Origin: Alphaproteobacteria bacterium | Lineage (GTDB): Bacteria > Pseudomonadota > Alphaproteobacteria > UBA8366 | DNA: 64,000 bases | Direction of reading: 5' to 3' | NCBI GenBank assembly: GCA_965228975.1 | Contig: OZ245851.1 | Span: 5,273,007-5,337,006 of the forward strand | Shown here: piece after piece, positions 28,324 through 38,167 of the stretch | Layout of the letters: each line of letters starts with the position of its first letter | Numbering within the stretch: position 1 is the first letter of the stretch | Translations under genes and position numbers: made by a program | The notes under the pieces: model-generated | Database searches by the model: none | The model's input: only the letters and a program-made list of their open reading frames with translations | What the model was told of the DNA's origin: nothing

Positions 28324-28956
28324 ATGGATGGATCGACGAACGTGAACTCGCGTGCGATGCGCGTCGATCTGCAATTGATCGCCGACATGATCGAACCGTC
28401 GAGCCGGTTGCTCGACGTCGGTTGCGGTGACGGGACGTTGCTGAGCTATCTCGCCGAATTCAAGCAGGTGGACGGGCGTGGCATCGAACTCAGCATGGCT
28501 GGCGTGAACGAATGCGTCAGTCAGGGTCTGTCAGTGATTCAGGGCGATGCCGATACCGACCTTGGCGACTATCCGGACGGCGCGTTCGACTATGTCGTGC
28601 TCAGCCAGACCCTGCAGGCGACCCACCGGCCGCGGATCGTGCTGGAAAACCTAGTGCGGATCGGCCGCAACACGATCCTGTCGCTGCCGAATTTCGGCTA
28701 CTGGAAGGTCCGGCTCGGGTTGTTGATGGGCGGCCGCATGCCGCGGACCGACGCGCTGCCGGATCAGTGGTATGAGACGCCCAACATCCATCTCTGCACG
28801 ATCCACGATTTCCTCGCCCTGTGCGACGACCTCGGCATCGTCGTTGAACGGGCGATCGCCCTGGACTCGAGCGGCCACGCGGTAAAGTTCTCTGCGAAGG
28901 GGAGCTGCGCCAATTGGATGGCGGCACAGGCGGTTTTCCACCTACGCAATCGCTAA
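28324..28956 (+). CDS. metW: Methionine biosynthesis protein MetW
   Basis: LLDVGCGDGTLL motif, ~210 aa, immediately after metX. The track start at GTG 28315 overlaps metX. Confidence 0.85.
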   Translation: MDGSTNVNSRAMRVDLQLIADMIEPSSRLLDVGCGDGTLLSYLAEFKQVDGRGIELSMAGVNECVSQGLSVIQGDADTDLGDYPDGAFDYVVLSQTLQATHRPRIVLENLVRIGRNTILSLPNFGYWKVRLGLLMGGRMPRTDALPDQWYETPNIHLCTIHDFLALCDDLGIVVERAIALDSSGHAVKFSAKGSCANWMAAQAVFHLRNR

Positions 28957-28976
28957 GGACGGTTCCTCCAATCCGG

Positions 28977-31334
28977 TTATCCGCCGTCCGACGGGGTACC
29001 CCCGGCGGTGTCTTCGGCGCTGCGTGCCTCGCCTTCCGGGCGTTTGCCGGGGGTCGAGGCGGTTGTCGTCTCCGGCTTGTTGGACCGCGCATCGACGAGC
29101 TGTACCCGCGCATGCGGGGCATTGCCGCTGCTGTCCTCGCCGAAATAAAGAGTCCGATGCGGGAAAGGAATTTCGATTCCCTCCTTGTCGAACCGGATTT
29201 TGATCAATCGATTGAAGGCGCGTTGGAGGCCGAATTGCTTGCCCGGCTTCACCTGGATACGGGCCCGGATCACGACGGCGGAATCGCCCAGGGCCTGCAC
29301 GCCCATGATGTTCATGTCCCCGTCGATGACCGCTGCATATTCCTCGTCCGCCGCCATTTTGTTGCCGACGTCGCGGATTACCTCTATGCAGCGGTCGATA
29401 TCCTCGCTGTAGCCGACGCCGATGTCGAACGTGGCGAAAGAGAACTCCTTGCTCTTGTTGACCGTGGTGGTGACCTCGCTGAACGGGATCCGATGGACCT
29501 GGCCGGAGAAGTCGCGCAATTGGATCGACCGGATCGACATCGCCTCGACCTTGCCGGAATGGCCGCCCAGCTCGACGATGTCGCCGACGGCGACGGTGTC
29601 CTCGATCAGGATGAAGAAGCCGGTGATGAAGTCCTTCACCATCGTCTGGGCGCCGAACCCGACGGCAAGACCGACGATGCCCGCACCGGCGATCAGCGGG
29701 CCGATGTTGATGCCGAGTTCGGACAAAACCGTCAGAATGACCATGACGGCCAGGACGACCAACACCACATTCCGGACCAATGGCAACAAGGTTTGCGCCC
29801 GTTGACTGCGGGTGATGGTATTGCCGTCGCGATCCTTGCCGGCGAGATACTGCTCGATCGCGGCGCTGACGACTTCCCAGACGATCAGGGCGACCGCGAC
29901 GATCAGAATGATCGTCGCCAGGCGTTGCAGGACGGCTTGGCCGACGGGACCGCTAAGCCATTCGAAGATGTCCAGACCCCAGACTTCGAGCACGGCGGCC
30001 GCCGCGATCACGGAGACGAGGACCTTGAACGCCGTCATGAGCATCGGTAGATAGCGGTTGGCACGCGCTTCGAGGCCCGGGAACCGGGCTTTCTGTTCCT
30101 CGTTGAGCGCGAAGGCCCGCTTCACACCGCGTCTGATGACCGCGATCAGTCCCCGCGCAATGACGACGATGACGATGGTGAGAATCGATGCGCGCAGGAC
30201 ATATTCGAACCCGCCCGGCAGGTCGAGAACCCATACACCGTAGGTGACGACGAGATAGATGATCAGCAGAATGTGCCAGATATCGGCCAGCCGATTACGC
30301 ACCTGCCGCAGGGCGCCATCGCCATTCCCGCGAATGCGGGCCGCCACGTGATGCCGATTCTGCAGGACCAGCATAACGAGCAGCATTCCGACCAGCAGGC
30401 CGAGCAACTTCAACAGCAATAGGTAGGCTGCCGTCGCCAGGCCGAGCGCCAAGGCGGCGTTCAGCAGCAAGAAGCCGTAAGCGCAGAGATTTGTCAGGCG
30501 GCGAATCCAGACGTAGCTGTAGTTGGCCGTCTCGTCGGTCATCGGTATCAGCCGCATCTTTTCGACGCGCGGGGCCAACAGCATGCGGGCGATCGCCGTG
30601 GCAGCGCGCGCGATAACGCTGGCGTTGATGAGGGCGATCGCGATGACTTGCCCTTGGTGCGCGGGCGCTGTTAGCGTCATCATGCCGTAGGCGGCGGCCG
30701 CGAAGACCGCGATGGCGACGATGTCGAGGATGGTGCGCAACAGGACGAAGACGAGGTGAACCCAGAAGCCGTCGGTCGCCTGCGTTTCGATGGCCGCGCG
30801 CGGGCGTCGCATCGCCAATTGGGCGAGCCACTCGCCGGCGAGCCCGGCCGCCAGGATCGCCACAAGCTTCAGCAGCACTCCGAGCCAAAGCGCCCGGCGT
30901 TCCGGGTTGGACATAACCTTTTGCAGGGCGGCGCCGAGCTGCGGCAGGTCGATCAGCGTGGCGGCGGCGTCCGCCAATTCCTTGCCGGCGGCCTCGACCT
31001 TGCTGGAAACGGCTTCCAGCAATTGGGAACCGACCGGTGGCTTCACGCCTTTTTTTGCGTCTTTTTGCGCCGAGATCAGCGTCTTCAGGTCGGCGATGAA
31101 GGCGTCGCGCTTGGCCGGGTTTTCCAAGGTGTTGACGAGGCGTTCCAGGTCTTTCGTCTCGGTCTTCGCGGGCGCGCTCGCCGGGTCCGCCGCGGTGGCC
31201 GGCATCGTGACAAAAGCGAGCGCGACAATGACGAGAAGGCGTTGGAAGAGAGCGATCATGGGACTTAGCGCACGCAGGGGATTGAAGGACCGGCCTTGGA
31301 GCGTCGAAGAGTAATGGGCGAATCCGGGTTTCAC
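28977..31334 (-). CDS. Large MscS-family mechanosensitive channel
   Basis: 785 aa: signal peptide, ~120-aa periplasmic region, multiple TM helices, an MscS core (FFILIEDTVAVGDIVELGGHSGKVEAMSIRSIQLRD) and a disordered C-terminal tail. Confidence 0.8.
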   Translation of the reverse strand: MKPGFAHYSSTLQGRSFNPLRALSPMIALFQRLLVIVALAFVTMPATAADPASAPAKTETKDLERLVNTLENPAKRDAFIADLKTLISAQKDAKKGVKPPVGSQLLEAVSSKVEAAGKELADAAATLIDLPQLGAALQKVMSNPERRALWLGVLLKLVAILAAGLAGEWLAQLAMRRPRAAIETQATDGFWVHLVFVLLRTILDIVAIAVFAAAAYGMMTLTAPAHQGQVIAIALINASVIARAATAIARMLLAPRVEKMRLIPMTDETANYSYVWIRRLTNLCAYGFLLLNAALALGLATAAYLLLLKLLGLLVGMLLVMLVLQNRHHVAARIRGNGDGALRQVRNRLADIWHILLIIYLVVTYGVWVLDLPGGFEYVLRASILTIVIVVIARGLIAVIRRGVKRAFALNEEQKARFPGLEARANRYLPMLMTAFKVLVSVIAAAAVLEVWGLDIFEWLSGPVGQAVLQRLATIILIVAVALIVWEVVSAAIEQYLAGKDRDGNTITRSQRAQTLLPLVRNVVLVVLAVMVILTVLSELGINIGPLIAGAGIVGLAVGFGAQTMVKDFITGFFILIEDTVAVGDIVELGGHSGKVEAMSIRSIQLRDFSGQVHRIPFSEVTTTVNKSKEFSFATFDIGVGYSEDIDRCIEVIRDVGNKMAADEEYAAVIDGDMNIMGVQALGDSAVVIRARIQVKPGKQFGLQRAFNRLIKIRFDKEGIEIPFPHRTLYFGEDSSGNAPHARVQLVDARSNKPETTTASTPGKRPEGEARSAEDTAGGTPSDGG

Positions 31335-32242
31335 AACGGTTCCCAGCCGATCCCCTTATGACCGTAGTCGAATTGGTCCGGATGCAGCATCTCGGCCAGA
31401 ATTTCGAGTGAATCGGCGATGCGCGGCCCCGGGCGATTGAAGTACTGATTGCCATCCGCGACGCAGACCCGGCCGTTCTGGACGGCTCTTAATCCGTTCC
31501 ATCCCGGTTGCCCGGTCAGCGCCGGCATGTCCTTGCGGGCGCGGGCGATATCGAACCCGCAGGGCAAAATGACGATCACGTCCGGATCGGCGCTCTTGAG
31601 ATCGTCCCATTCCATCCATGGCGAATGCTTGCCGGCTTCGCCGAACAAGTTGTCCCCTCCGGCCATGGCGACCAGTTCGGGCATCCAGTTTCCGCCCGCC
31701 ATCAAGGGGTCGATCCATTCGATACAGGCGACGGTGGGCCTTACGAGCTGCGCGCGCGCCTCTTCCTCGACCGATTCCATACGGGCCTTGAGGCGCCGGA
31801 TCAAGGCCTGCCCCCGGTCCGGCGCGTCGAGCGCGTCCGCAACCCGGGCGATATCCGCCCAGATGTCCGCCAACGCGTCCGGCTTCAGGGTGACGATGCG
31901 CGGGCGGTTCTCCAGCCAATCGCACGTTGCTTCCAGCACGTCCTTTTCGCTGACAGCGCAAACCTCGCACTGCGATTGCGTGACGATAACGTCGGGCTCG
32001 TAGCTTTTCAGCGCATCGCTGTCCACGCGGTAAACCGACAGGCCGTCGCGGACGACCGCCTTCACCCGCCGGTCTATGTCGTATGAACTGCCGCTTACGT
32101 CGATCTTCGGTTCGGTGCAGTAGGGCAAGCTGCCGACGTCGGACGGGAAGTCGCATTCGTGGCTTCGCGCGACGAGCGAGTCCTTGAAGCCGAGCGCCGA
32201 GACGATCTCGGTAGCGCTCGCCAAGAGGGTTACGATCCGCAT
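31331..32242 (-). CDS. BtuF/TroA-like cobalamin-binding-type protein without signal peptide
   Basis: MRIVTLLASATEIVSALGF... matches the class III periplasmic-binding-protein N-terminus, but no signal peptide or lipobox is present. Its stop overlaps the MscS ATG by 4 nt. Confidence 0.65.
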   Translation of the reverse strand: MRIVTLLASATEIVSALGFKDSLVARSHECDFPSDVGSLPYCTEPKIDVSGSSYDIDRRVKAVVRDGLSVYRVDSDALKSYEPDVIVTQSQCEVCAVSEKDVLEATCDWLENRPRIVTLKPDALADIWADIARVADALDAPDRGQALIRRLKARMESVEEEARAQLVRPTVACIEWIDPLMAGGNWMPELVAMAGGDNLFGEAGKHSPWMEWDDLKSADPDVIVILPCGFDIARARKDMPALTGQPGWNGLRAVQNGRVCVADGNQYFNRPGPRIADSLEILAEMLHPDQFDYGHKGIGWEPL

Positions 32243-32312
32243 CGATCCGGTCTCCGTGCAGGCGGCTAAGTGTCGTGTCGCATCTTAGCGCCGCCGGTTC
32301 GGGTGCGCCACG

Positions 32313-34541
32313 CTAGCCTTCGGGCGCTTGCAGCCCCCGCCGCCGACGGCGATGCCGCGCCGTCCCGAGACCTACCGCGACGACCCCCACCAGGATCGGG
32401 ATCAAACCGATGTTGATGAAGCGCAGCCATGTTTCCAGGGACTCGATATCCTCGCGTAGCGCCAGCTGGACGCGCCGCAATTCCTTGCGGGTAGCGAGGA
32501 TTTCCTGCGTGAACTTTTCGGCGGTGGCTTCGACCGCCTTATCGACCGTGGCCTCGGATGCGCCCTCGGCCTTCTTCTTCTGAAGTTCGGCGAGTTTCGA
32601 TTCCGCATCCTCGAGCTTCTTCTGCAGCTCGCGTTCCTCGGCGCGGAATTTCTGTTCAGCGGCAAGTTGCAGTTCCTGGATCTTGGTGAAGGGGCGTTGT
32701 GCCGTGCCCCGGCTGCGGAGGCTGATCAGGTCGTCGCCGCCCGCAAGATTTTCGATCGCGTTGACCACGAAATCCGCATTGTTCGCGAACGGCAGGCGGA
32801 CGCGTTGACCGAAGAATTCCCGGTTCTGGACCCAGAACCGATCCTCCAACAGGTCCGCATCCGCGACGAGGATCACGTTCATCGGTCCGGTCGCTTCCGC
32901 GATGAAGGGAGGCGCCTTGGGCGCTTCTTCCTTTTTGTCTTCCGTCTTTGCGGCGTCTTTGGCCTCGGATTTCTCCGCGTTCGCCTTCTCCGCATCGATT
33001 GGCTTGTCGCCGGTGGGCTGTTCCGCGGCTGCCGGTTTTTCGGCCGGCGTATCGGCTTTTTCCGGTTGTCCGGTGTTCGGCGCCGCCTGGGCGACATCGC
33101 GCTCCGCCCGGTCGGCCTTTACAGCCGGCTTCGCCGGTGTCGCATCGGGTTTCGCTGTATCACCGCCCGTCTTGCCGGCATCGTCCTTCGGTTTGTTTGT
33201 CGCCGTTTCCGATTTCTTGTCGGCCTCCGCACCGCTGGCGTCCGATTTCTCTTCTTCCTTTTTCTTCGGCGGGCCGTCCGGGAACAGGGTCGGCGCCTTG
33301 CCGCTGAGGCGGGCGGCCACCACCAGCTTTTCGCCGGAGGGTTTGAAGGATTCGATGATCTTGAGAATTTCCGGCCGGGCTTGCTGCAGGAACTTAAGGT
33401 CTACTTCCTGGCTTTCCTGCGTTGTCGTGATCAGAGGCTCGAAGCGCAGCGCGGCGTCCTTCTTGCCGCGGAGCACCCCGGCGCTGCGGATGTTGAGCTG
33501 GTTGATGTTCGACGTCACCGCATCGGTCTCCGACAGGCCTTCGCGCTTGACGTTCATCCAGGTCAGGAAGGGCGCCGGAATGACCTGTTGCTGGTTCCCG
33601 GCGTTGACCATGGGGGCGAAGCGCCGGTCGCCGGCGACGCGATCCTTGACGATCTCGACACCCCAGTGATCGAGCAGCCGTTTAAGGTCCGATGCGATGC
33701 TCTGCGGAATCCCGCGTTGACGTGCGGCCGCGGATTCGTTGAACGGGTCGATGAAGAAGATCGCCTTACCGCCGCGCAGCATGTACTGGTCGAGGTTGTA
33801 GTAATCCTCGTCGTCGAGGTCGCCCGGATGAACCAGCATCAGGACGTCGGGCTTCTCTTTCCAGACATCTTCGAGCGCGAATATCTGGCGCACGTCGAAT
33901 TGATCCTGCATTTGCTGGACCACGGAATAGGGTTGCGTCGGAATACCGCGCATCTGCATTTGCAGGTCGCCGAACAACGGCCGATCGGTGAAGACCGCGA
34001 CGACCGTCTTACCGCCGGTGCCGAGGCGGTAGATCAGGCTGGCGATGTCGTATTCGAGGAAGTTCTCCCGTTCGATTTGCATGAACGGAATGTTGCGCTG
34101 CTTGCCGTCGGCTTCGGCGACGAGGCCGAAGTAGACCTTCTCGCCGGTCTGGTCGAGCGGCACGCCCTGCATGCCGAGTTCGACCGCCTTGTCCTCGATC
34201 TCGGAAAACGGCTTAGGTTCCTTGATCTCCAGCGTTACCTTTCCGGCGCCCGCGCTTTCGAACACGCTCAGCATGTCTTTCACGCGGCTGGCGTAGTTGC
34301 CGTAGACGGGCGCGGTCAGCCCGAGTGCGTCGGAATAGTACAGCGTCAGCGAAACCGGTTTTTCCAGTTTGCCAAGAATACTGCGCGTGCCCGGCGACAA
34401 CGTGTAGAGCCGGTCTTCGGTCAGGTCGACCCTCATCCCGGCGACATTGGTCACCGACGCATTGGCCGCGAAGAAAAGCACGACGGCGATAACGGCGAGT
34501 GCGATCCAGCCGCCCTTACGATCCATGATCCAGCGAAACAT
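32313..34541 (-). CDS. GldG-like ABC-transporter auxiliary protein with ~120-aa low-complexity insertion
   Basis: 742 aa with N- and C-terminal TM anchors and the ABC_transp_aux pattern (LDEDRLYTLS-like TEDRLYTLSPGT). It follows the ABC-2 permease and ATPase genes. The K/E/A/P/D-rich insert covers residues ~424-545. Confidence 0.75.
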   Translation of the reverse strand: MFRWIMDRKGGWIALAVIAVVLFFAANASVTNVAGMRVDLTEDRLYTLSPGTRSILGKLEKPVSLTLYYSDALGLTAPVYGNYASRVKDMLSVFESAGAGKVTLEIKEPKPFSEIEDKAVELGMQGVPLDQTGEKVYFGLVAEADGKQRNIPFMQIERENFLEYDIASLIYRLGTGGKTVVAVFTDRPLFGDLQMQMRGIPTQPYSVVQQMQDQFDVRQIFALEDVWKEKPDVLMLVHPGDLDDEDYYNLDQYMLRGGKAIFFIDPFNESAAARQRGIPQSIASDLKRLLDHWGVEIVKDRVAGDRRFAPMVNAGNQQQVIPAPFLTWMNVKREGLSETDAVTSNINQLNIRSAGVLRGKKDAALRFEPLITTTQESQEVDLKFLQQARPEILKIIESFKPSGEKLVVAARLSGKAPTLFPDGPPKKKEEEKSDASGAEADKKSETATNKPKDDAGKTGGDTAKPDATPAKPAVKADRAERDVAQAAPNTGQPEKADTPAEKPAAAEQPTGDKPIDAEKANAEKSEAKDAAKTEDKKEEAPKAPPFIAEATGPMNVILVADADLLEDRFWVQNREFFGQRVRLPFANNADFVVNAIENLAGGDDLISLRSRGTAQRPFTKIQELQLAAEQKFRAEERELQKKLEDAESKLAELQKKKAEGASEATVDKAVEATAEKFTQEILATRKELRRVQLALREDIESLETWLRFINIGLIPILVGVVAVGLGTARHRRRRRGLQAPEG

Positions 34542-34555
34542 TTTCTAACCCTTCC

Positions 34556-35290
34556 TCACGACGCCTTCAGGCGATCGATTGCGACGACGTTGAGAAATAG
34601 AAACAACACGATCAGGCTGCCGAAGTAGACGATGTCGCGGAGATCCACGACGCCCTTCGAAATTTCCGTAAAGTGGATGACCACGCTGAGCGAGCGGAAG
34701 AATTCGACCACCTCGCTGCCGAACCACTCGTTCAGGAAATCGAGGACGATGGTCGACCCCATCGCGACGAGCACGAAACAGATAGCGGCGGCCACGACGA
34801 AGGCGATTACCTGGTTCTTGGTTAGCGCGGAAATGAATGACCCAATGGCCAGGAAACTGCCCGCCAGCAGCCAGCTGCCGAAATAACCCGCCAGGATGGC
34901 GCCGTTGTCGGGCTCGCCGAGGTAATTGATCGTCAGCCAGACCGGAAAGGTCAGCGCCAGCGCGATTCCGGTAAAGCACCAGGCGGCGAGGAATTTGCCG
35001 ATCACGGCCTGGCCTTGCGAAATCGGCAGGGTCATCGATAGCTCGATCGTGCCGGTGCGTCGTTCCTCGGCCCAGAGCCGCATCGACAAGGCCGGGATGA
35101 GGAACAGGTAGAGCCAAGGGTGGAAGGTGAAGAAGGCGGTTAGGTCCGCCTGATTGCGGTCCAGGATATTGCCGATATGGAAGGTCAGAAGCCCGGTGAG
35201 CACGAGATAAATGACGATGAAAACATAGGCCACGGGCGTCGCAAAGTAGCTCGACATCTCGCGGCGGAAAATCGTGATGACGTTATGCAT
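34556..35290 (-). CDS. ABC-2 type transporter permease (GldF-like)
   Basis: The real start (MHNVITIFRREMSSYFATPVAYVF) is at 35290 and overlaps the ATPase stop by 8 nt. Six hydrophobic segments. The track ORF is extended upstream in the same frame. Confidence 0.8.
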   Translation of the reverse strand: MHNVITIFRREMSSYFATPVAYVFIVIYLVLTGLLTFHIGNILDRNQADLTAFFTFHPWLYLFLIPALSMRLWAEERRTGTIELSMTLPISQGQAVIGKFLAAWCFTGIALALTFPVWLTINYLGEPDNGAILAGYFGSWLLAGSFLAIGSFISALTKNQVIAFVVAAAICFVLVAMGSTIVLDFLNEWFGSEVVEFFRSLSVVIHFTEISKGVVDLRDIVYFGSLIVLFLFLNVVAIDRLKAS

Positions 35291-36212
35291 GGCTGGATGG
35301 CGCGTTGGTGATTTGCCGGAAGACTTCGTCGAGCCGGCCGCGTTCGACGCTGATCTGGTCGATCTCGGCATCGATCCCGCGGAGCGCGGCGCTGACTTGG
35401 GAGATGATGGACTTGCCGTCCCGCGCCCGGGCGAAGAGGAACCCGTCCGGCGCGTCGACGACCGCGGCGACATCCGGCAGCGCCTCGAGGGCGGGGCGCA
35501 CCGCCGCCGGCGTATTGGTCGCCAGCGTGACGCCGTTGTGGCGGTCGGACCGGGCGGCGAGCGCGGCCGGCGTGTCGTCGGCGACGATCTTGCCGCGGGC
35601 GATGATGATGGCCCGGCTGCACACGGCCTCGACCTCCTCCAGGATATGGGTCGAGATGACGATTGCTTTCTCGCCGGCCATATCGCGGATCAGTTCGCGC
35701 ACCTCGTGCTTCTGGTTCGGGTCCAGACCGTCGGTCGGCTCGTCCAGGATGAGGACTTCGGGATCGTGCAGCAGCGCCTGTGCCAAGCCGACCCGCCGTT
35801 TGAAACCTTTGGAGAGCGTTTCAATCGGCTGATCCAGGACATCGGCCAGTTGCGTCTTCTTGACCGCGGCGTCGATCCGTTTGGTTGCTTCGTCGCCGGC
35901 GAACCCGCGAACCCGCGCGATGAACTCGAAAAAGGCGCGCGGCGTCATGTCCGGCCACAGCGGCACGCCCTCGGGCAGGTAGCCGACCCGCTTCTTCACT
36001 TCGATCGGATGGCGCTGCACGTCGAAGCCCGCGACCGTGGCCGTCCCGCTGGTGGGCGGGAGAAAGCCGGTGATCATTTTCATGGTCGTCGATTTGCCAG
36101 CCCCATTTGGTCCCAGGAACCCGAGGACCTCGCCCTTGGCGACCTTGAAACTGATATCGTCGACCGCCTTGATCGCCCCGAATGCCTTGGTCAGGTGATC
36201 GATTTCGATCAT
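35283..36212 (-). CDS. ABC transporter ATP-binding protein (GldA-like)
   Basis: Walker A GPNGAGKST, signature LSKGFKRR, Walker B LILDEPTDGLD. Confidence 0.9.
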   Translation of the reverse strand: MIEIDHLTKAFGAIKAVDDISFKVAKGEVLGFLGPNGAGKSTTMKMITGFLPPTSGTATVAGFDVQRHPIEVKKRVGYLPEGVPLWPDMTPRAFFEFIARVRGFAGDEATKRIDAAVKKTQLADVLDQPIETLSKGFKRRVGLAQALLHDPEVLILDEPTDGLDPNQKHEVRELIRDMAGEKAIVISTHILEEVEAVCSRAIIIARGKIVADDTPAALAARSDRHNGVTLATNTPAAVRPALEALPDVAAVVDAPDGFLFARARDGKSIISQVSAALRGIDAEIDQISVERGRLDEVFRQITNAPSSHA

Positions 36213-36516
36213 GTTGCTGCCCCGTGACTATTGCGAGCGACGACCCCGGGCAACGGCCCGGTTCGCCGGTAACGCGTTACGATGTAAGAAACTCTCTAAT
36301 TTGTTGCAAGAGGGTTAGCCGATTTTCGGCCATCTGCAAAGCCTATCGTCGCAGCATAGTCCGCTCCGGTATCGGCGTCTCGGCGGGGTGTAGCGGTATC
36401 ATATTCCGCTTTCGTTCTCGTCGCATGGGCGAATATGTCGCGTTCGCTACCATTGAAGCGGGCGAAACTGATCGCTAGCATGCGCCGCTTGCAAACAGGC
36501 AGGATTGGACCATCGA

Positions 36517-37614
36517 ATGAGTTTAAAGACCGTCGGCATTGTGGGGGCCGGGACCATGGGCTCGGGAATCGCGATGAACGTCGCGGAAAACGCGTTCGAT
36601 GTGCGTCTGGTGGATACGACCAAGGAACAAGTCGATGCGGCGCTCGGCAAGGCTGCCGCATACTTCGACCGCAAGGTAGAGCGAGGCCGGATGCAGGCGC
36701 CGGACGCCAAATCGGCGCGGGCTCGGATGAAGGGCAGCACCGATATCGCCGATCTGGCGGCCTGCGATTTGGTGATCGAGGCGGTGTTCGAGCGCTTCGA
36801 CGTGAAGGCCGACCTTTACAAGCGCCTTATGCCGATCCTGTCCAAGGACACGCTGCTGGCGACCAACACGAGCTGCCTGCGGGTCACCGAACTGGCCAAG
36901 GAGGTCGACCGCCCGGGTCGGTTCCTTGGCATGCATTATTTTAATCCGCCGGCGGTCAATCCCATCGTCGAGGTCGTCCGCGGGGAGAAAACGAGCCAAG
37001 CGGTCATCGCGACGGCGCTGGCCTTTTGCGAAGCGACCGGCAAGAAGACCGTAGCTTGTCGCGACAGCTACGGCTTTGCGCTCAACCGTTTCTTCTGTCC
37101 CTATGTGAACGAGGCGATGCGTCTGCATGACGAAGGGATGGGAAGTCCGTTCGAGATCGATCGCGTCGCCGGCGATGTCTTCGGCGTTGCGGCCGGTCCC
37201 TTCGTGGTGAGCAATCTCGTCGGTTCGCAGGTCTTGTTGCATGCGCAGGAAAACCTGATGCCGTTGGGCGATTTCTACAAGCCGGCGGAGTCTGTCGTCC
37301 GTGTCGGGTCCGAAGGGGGATCCTGGGAAATCGGCGATCCGTCCGCACCGGACGCGGCCCGCGATAAGGCGATCGGCGATCGCTTGCTGGGGGCGGCATT
37401 CCTTCCGGTTTTGCAGCAGTTGGACGAGGAGGTCGCCGAGCCCGGGGCGATCGACATGGGCGCCGAGGCCGCGTTGAAATTCGGCAAGCCGCCCTGCGCA
37501 TTAATGGATTCCCTGGGGCAATCGGCCGTTACGGCGTTGGTCGCCCCGTTTTGCGAGAAATACCGCGCCGCCCAACCGGCGAGCCTGTCGCGAGTCGGGG
37601 AACTGATCGGCTGA
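36517..37614 (+). CDS. 3-hydroxyacyl-CoA dehydrogenase family protein
   Basis: VGIVGAGTMGSGIA NAD-binding fold and an HYFNP motif. ATG at 36517; the track start is a TTG at 36505. Confidence 0.8.
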   Translation: MSLKTVGIVGAGTMGSGIAMNVAENAFDVRLVDTTKEQVDAALGKAAAYFDRKVERGRMQAPDAKSARARMKGSTDIADLAACDLVIEAVFERFDVKADLYKRLMPILSKDTLLATNTSCLRVTELAKEVDRPGRFLGMHYFNPPAVNPIVEVVRGEKTSQAVIATALAFCEATGKKTVACRDSYGFALNRFFCPYVNEAMRLHDEGMGSPFEIDRVAGDVFGVAAGPFVVSNLVGSQVLLHAQENLMPLGDFYKPAESVVRVGSEGGSWEIGDPSAPDAARDKAIGDRLLGAAFLPVLQQLDEEVAEPGAIDMGAEAALKFGKPPCALMDSLGQSAVTALVAPFCEKYRAAQPASLSRVGELIG

Positions 37615-37650
37615 CGAGGGCAGATCCCAATAGTTCAGATATCAAAGGAA

Positions 37651-37675
37651 AGAGGCGGACCGTGGGCCCGCCTCT
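37651..37675. terminator. Stem-loop between convergent genes
   Basis: AGAGGCGG (37651-37658) pairs with CCGCCTCT (37668-37675), with a 9-nt loop. The flanking A- and T-tracts are weak. Confidence 0.45.
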
Positions 37676-37750
37676 CTTCATGTCGTGCCGGCACCGTGCA
37701 CCGGTCGGGCCGGTATTAGCGCCCGTACCCAGATGCGCGGATCGTGACCG

Positions 37751-38167
37751 TTACGAGCATTTCATGGTCATGGCTTTGGTGCCGTCGCTCTTGATCAGGT
37801 CGTAGGTGTTTTTCTTGATCTTGTGGACCCGATGCCAGTCGCCGAGCGCCTTCTTGCCCTTGCCGAAGTTGGTATAGAAGCCTTGGCCAACAATCTTCCA
37901 GCGGCCTTGCATCGTCTTGTCGCCGATGTTGCGGTCCGCATCGCCGGAATACGGCCCTGCCGTCTTGAAATAGAAGTCTTCACCCTTACTGCCGTCCGGT
38001 TTGGTCCAGCTGCACTTCTTGCTGCCCTTCTTGAACTCTTTCGCCAGGCCTGCGGCATCGAGCGGCGTGCCTTTTGCGGCCATTTTGTCGCCGCCTCCTC
38101 CGGCCGATTCGCATCCCGCAAGTCCCAGCGCCAAAGCCGCGCCCAAAACGATGATTTGGTGTCTCAT
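37751..38167 (-). CDS. Small lysine/glycine-rich lipoprotein, unknown function
   Basis: MRHQIIVLGAALALGLAGC carries a lipobox; the mature protein is ~120 aa. The ATG at 38167 is preceded by a G9 tract. Confidence 0.65.
   Translation of the reverse strand: MRHQIIVLGAALALGLAGCESAGGGGDKMAAKGTPLDAAGLAKEFKKGSKKCSWTKPDGSKGEDFYFKTAGPYSGDADRNIGDKTMQGRWKIVGQGFYTNFGKGKKALGDWHRVHKIKKNTYDLIKSDGTKAMTMKCS

Noticed and set aside
30321-30340. CATTCCCGCGAATGCGGGC inside the MscS-family coding sequence, resembling the REP arm
   Set aside because: It lacks the GGGAATCC half and the inverted partner. It also sits in-frame in a plausible loop (ARIRGNGDGA) of a conserved channel. It is most likely chance similarity in GC-rich coding sequence.
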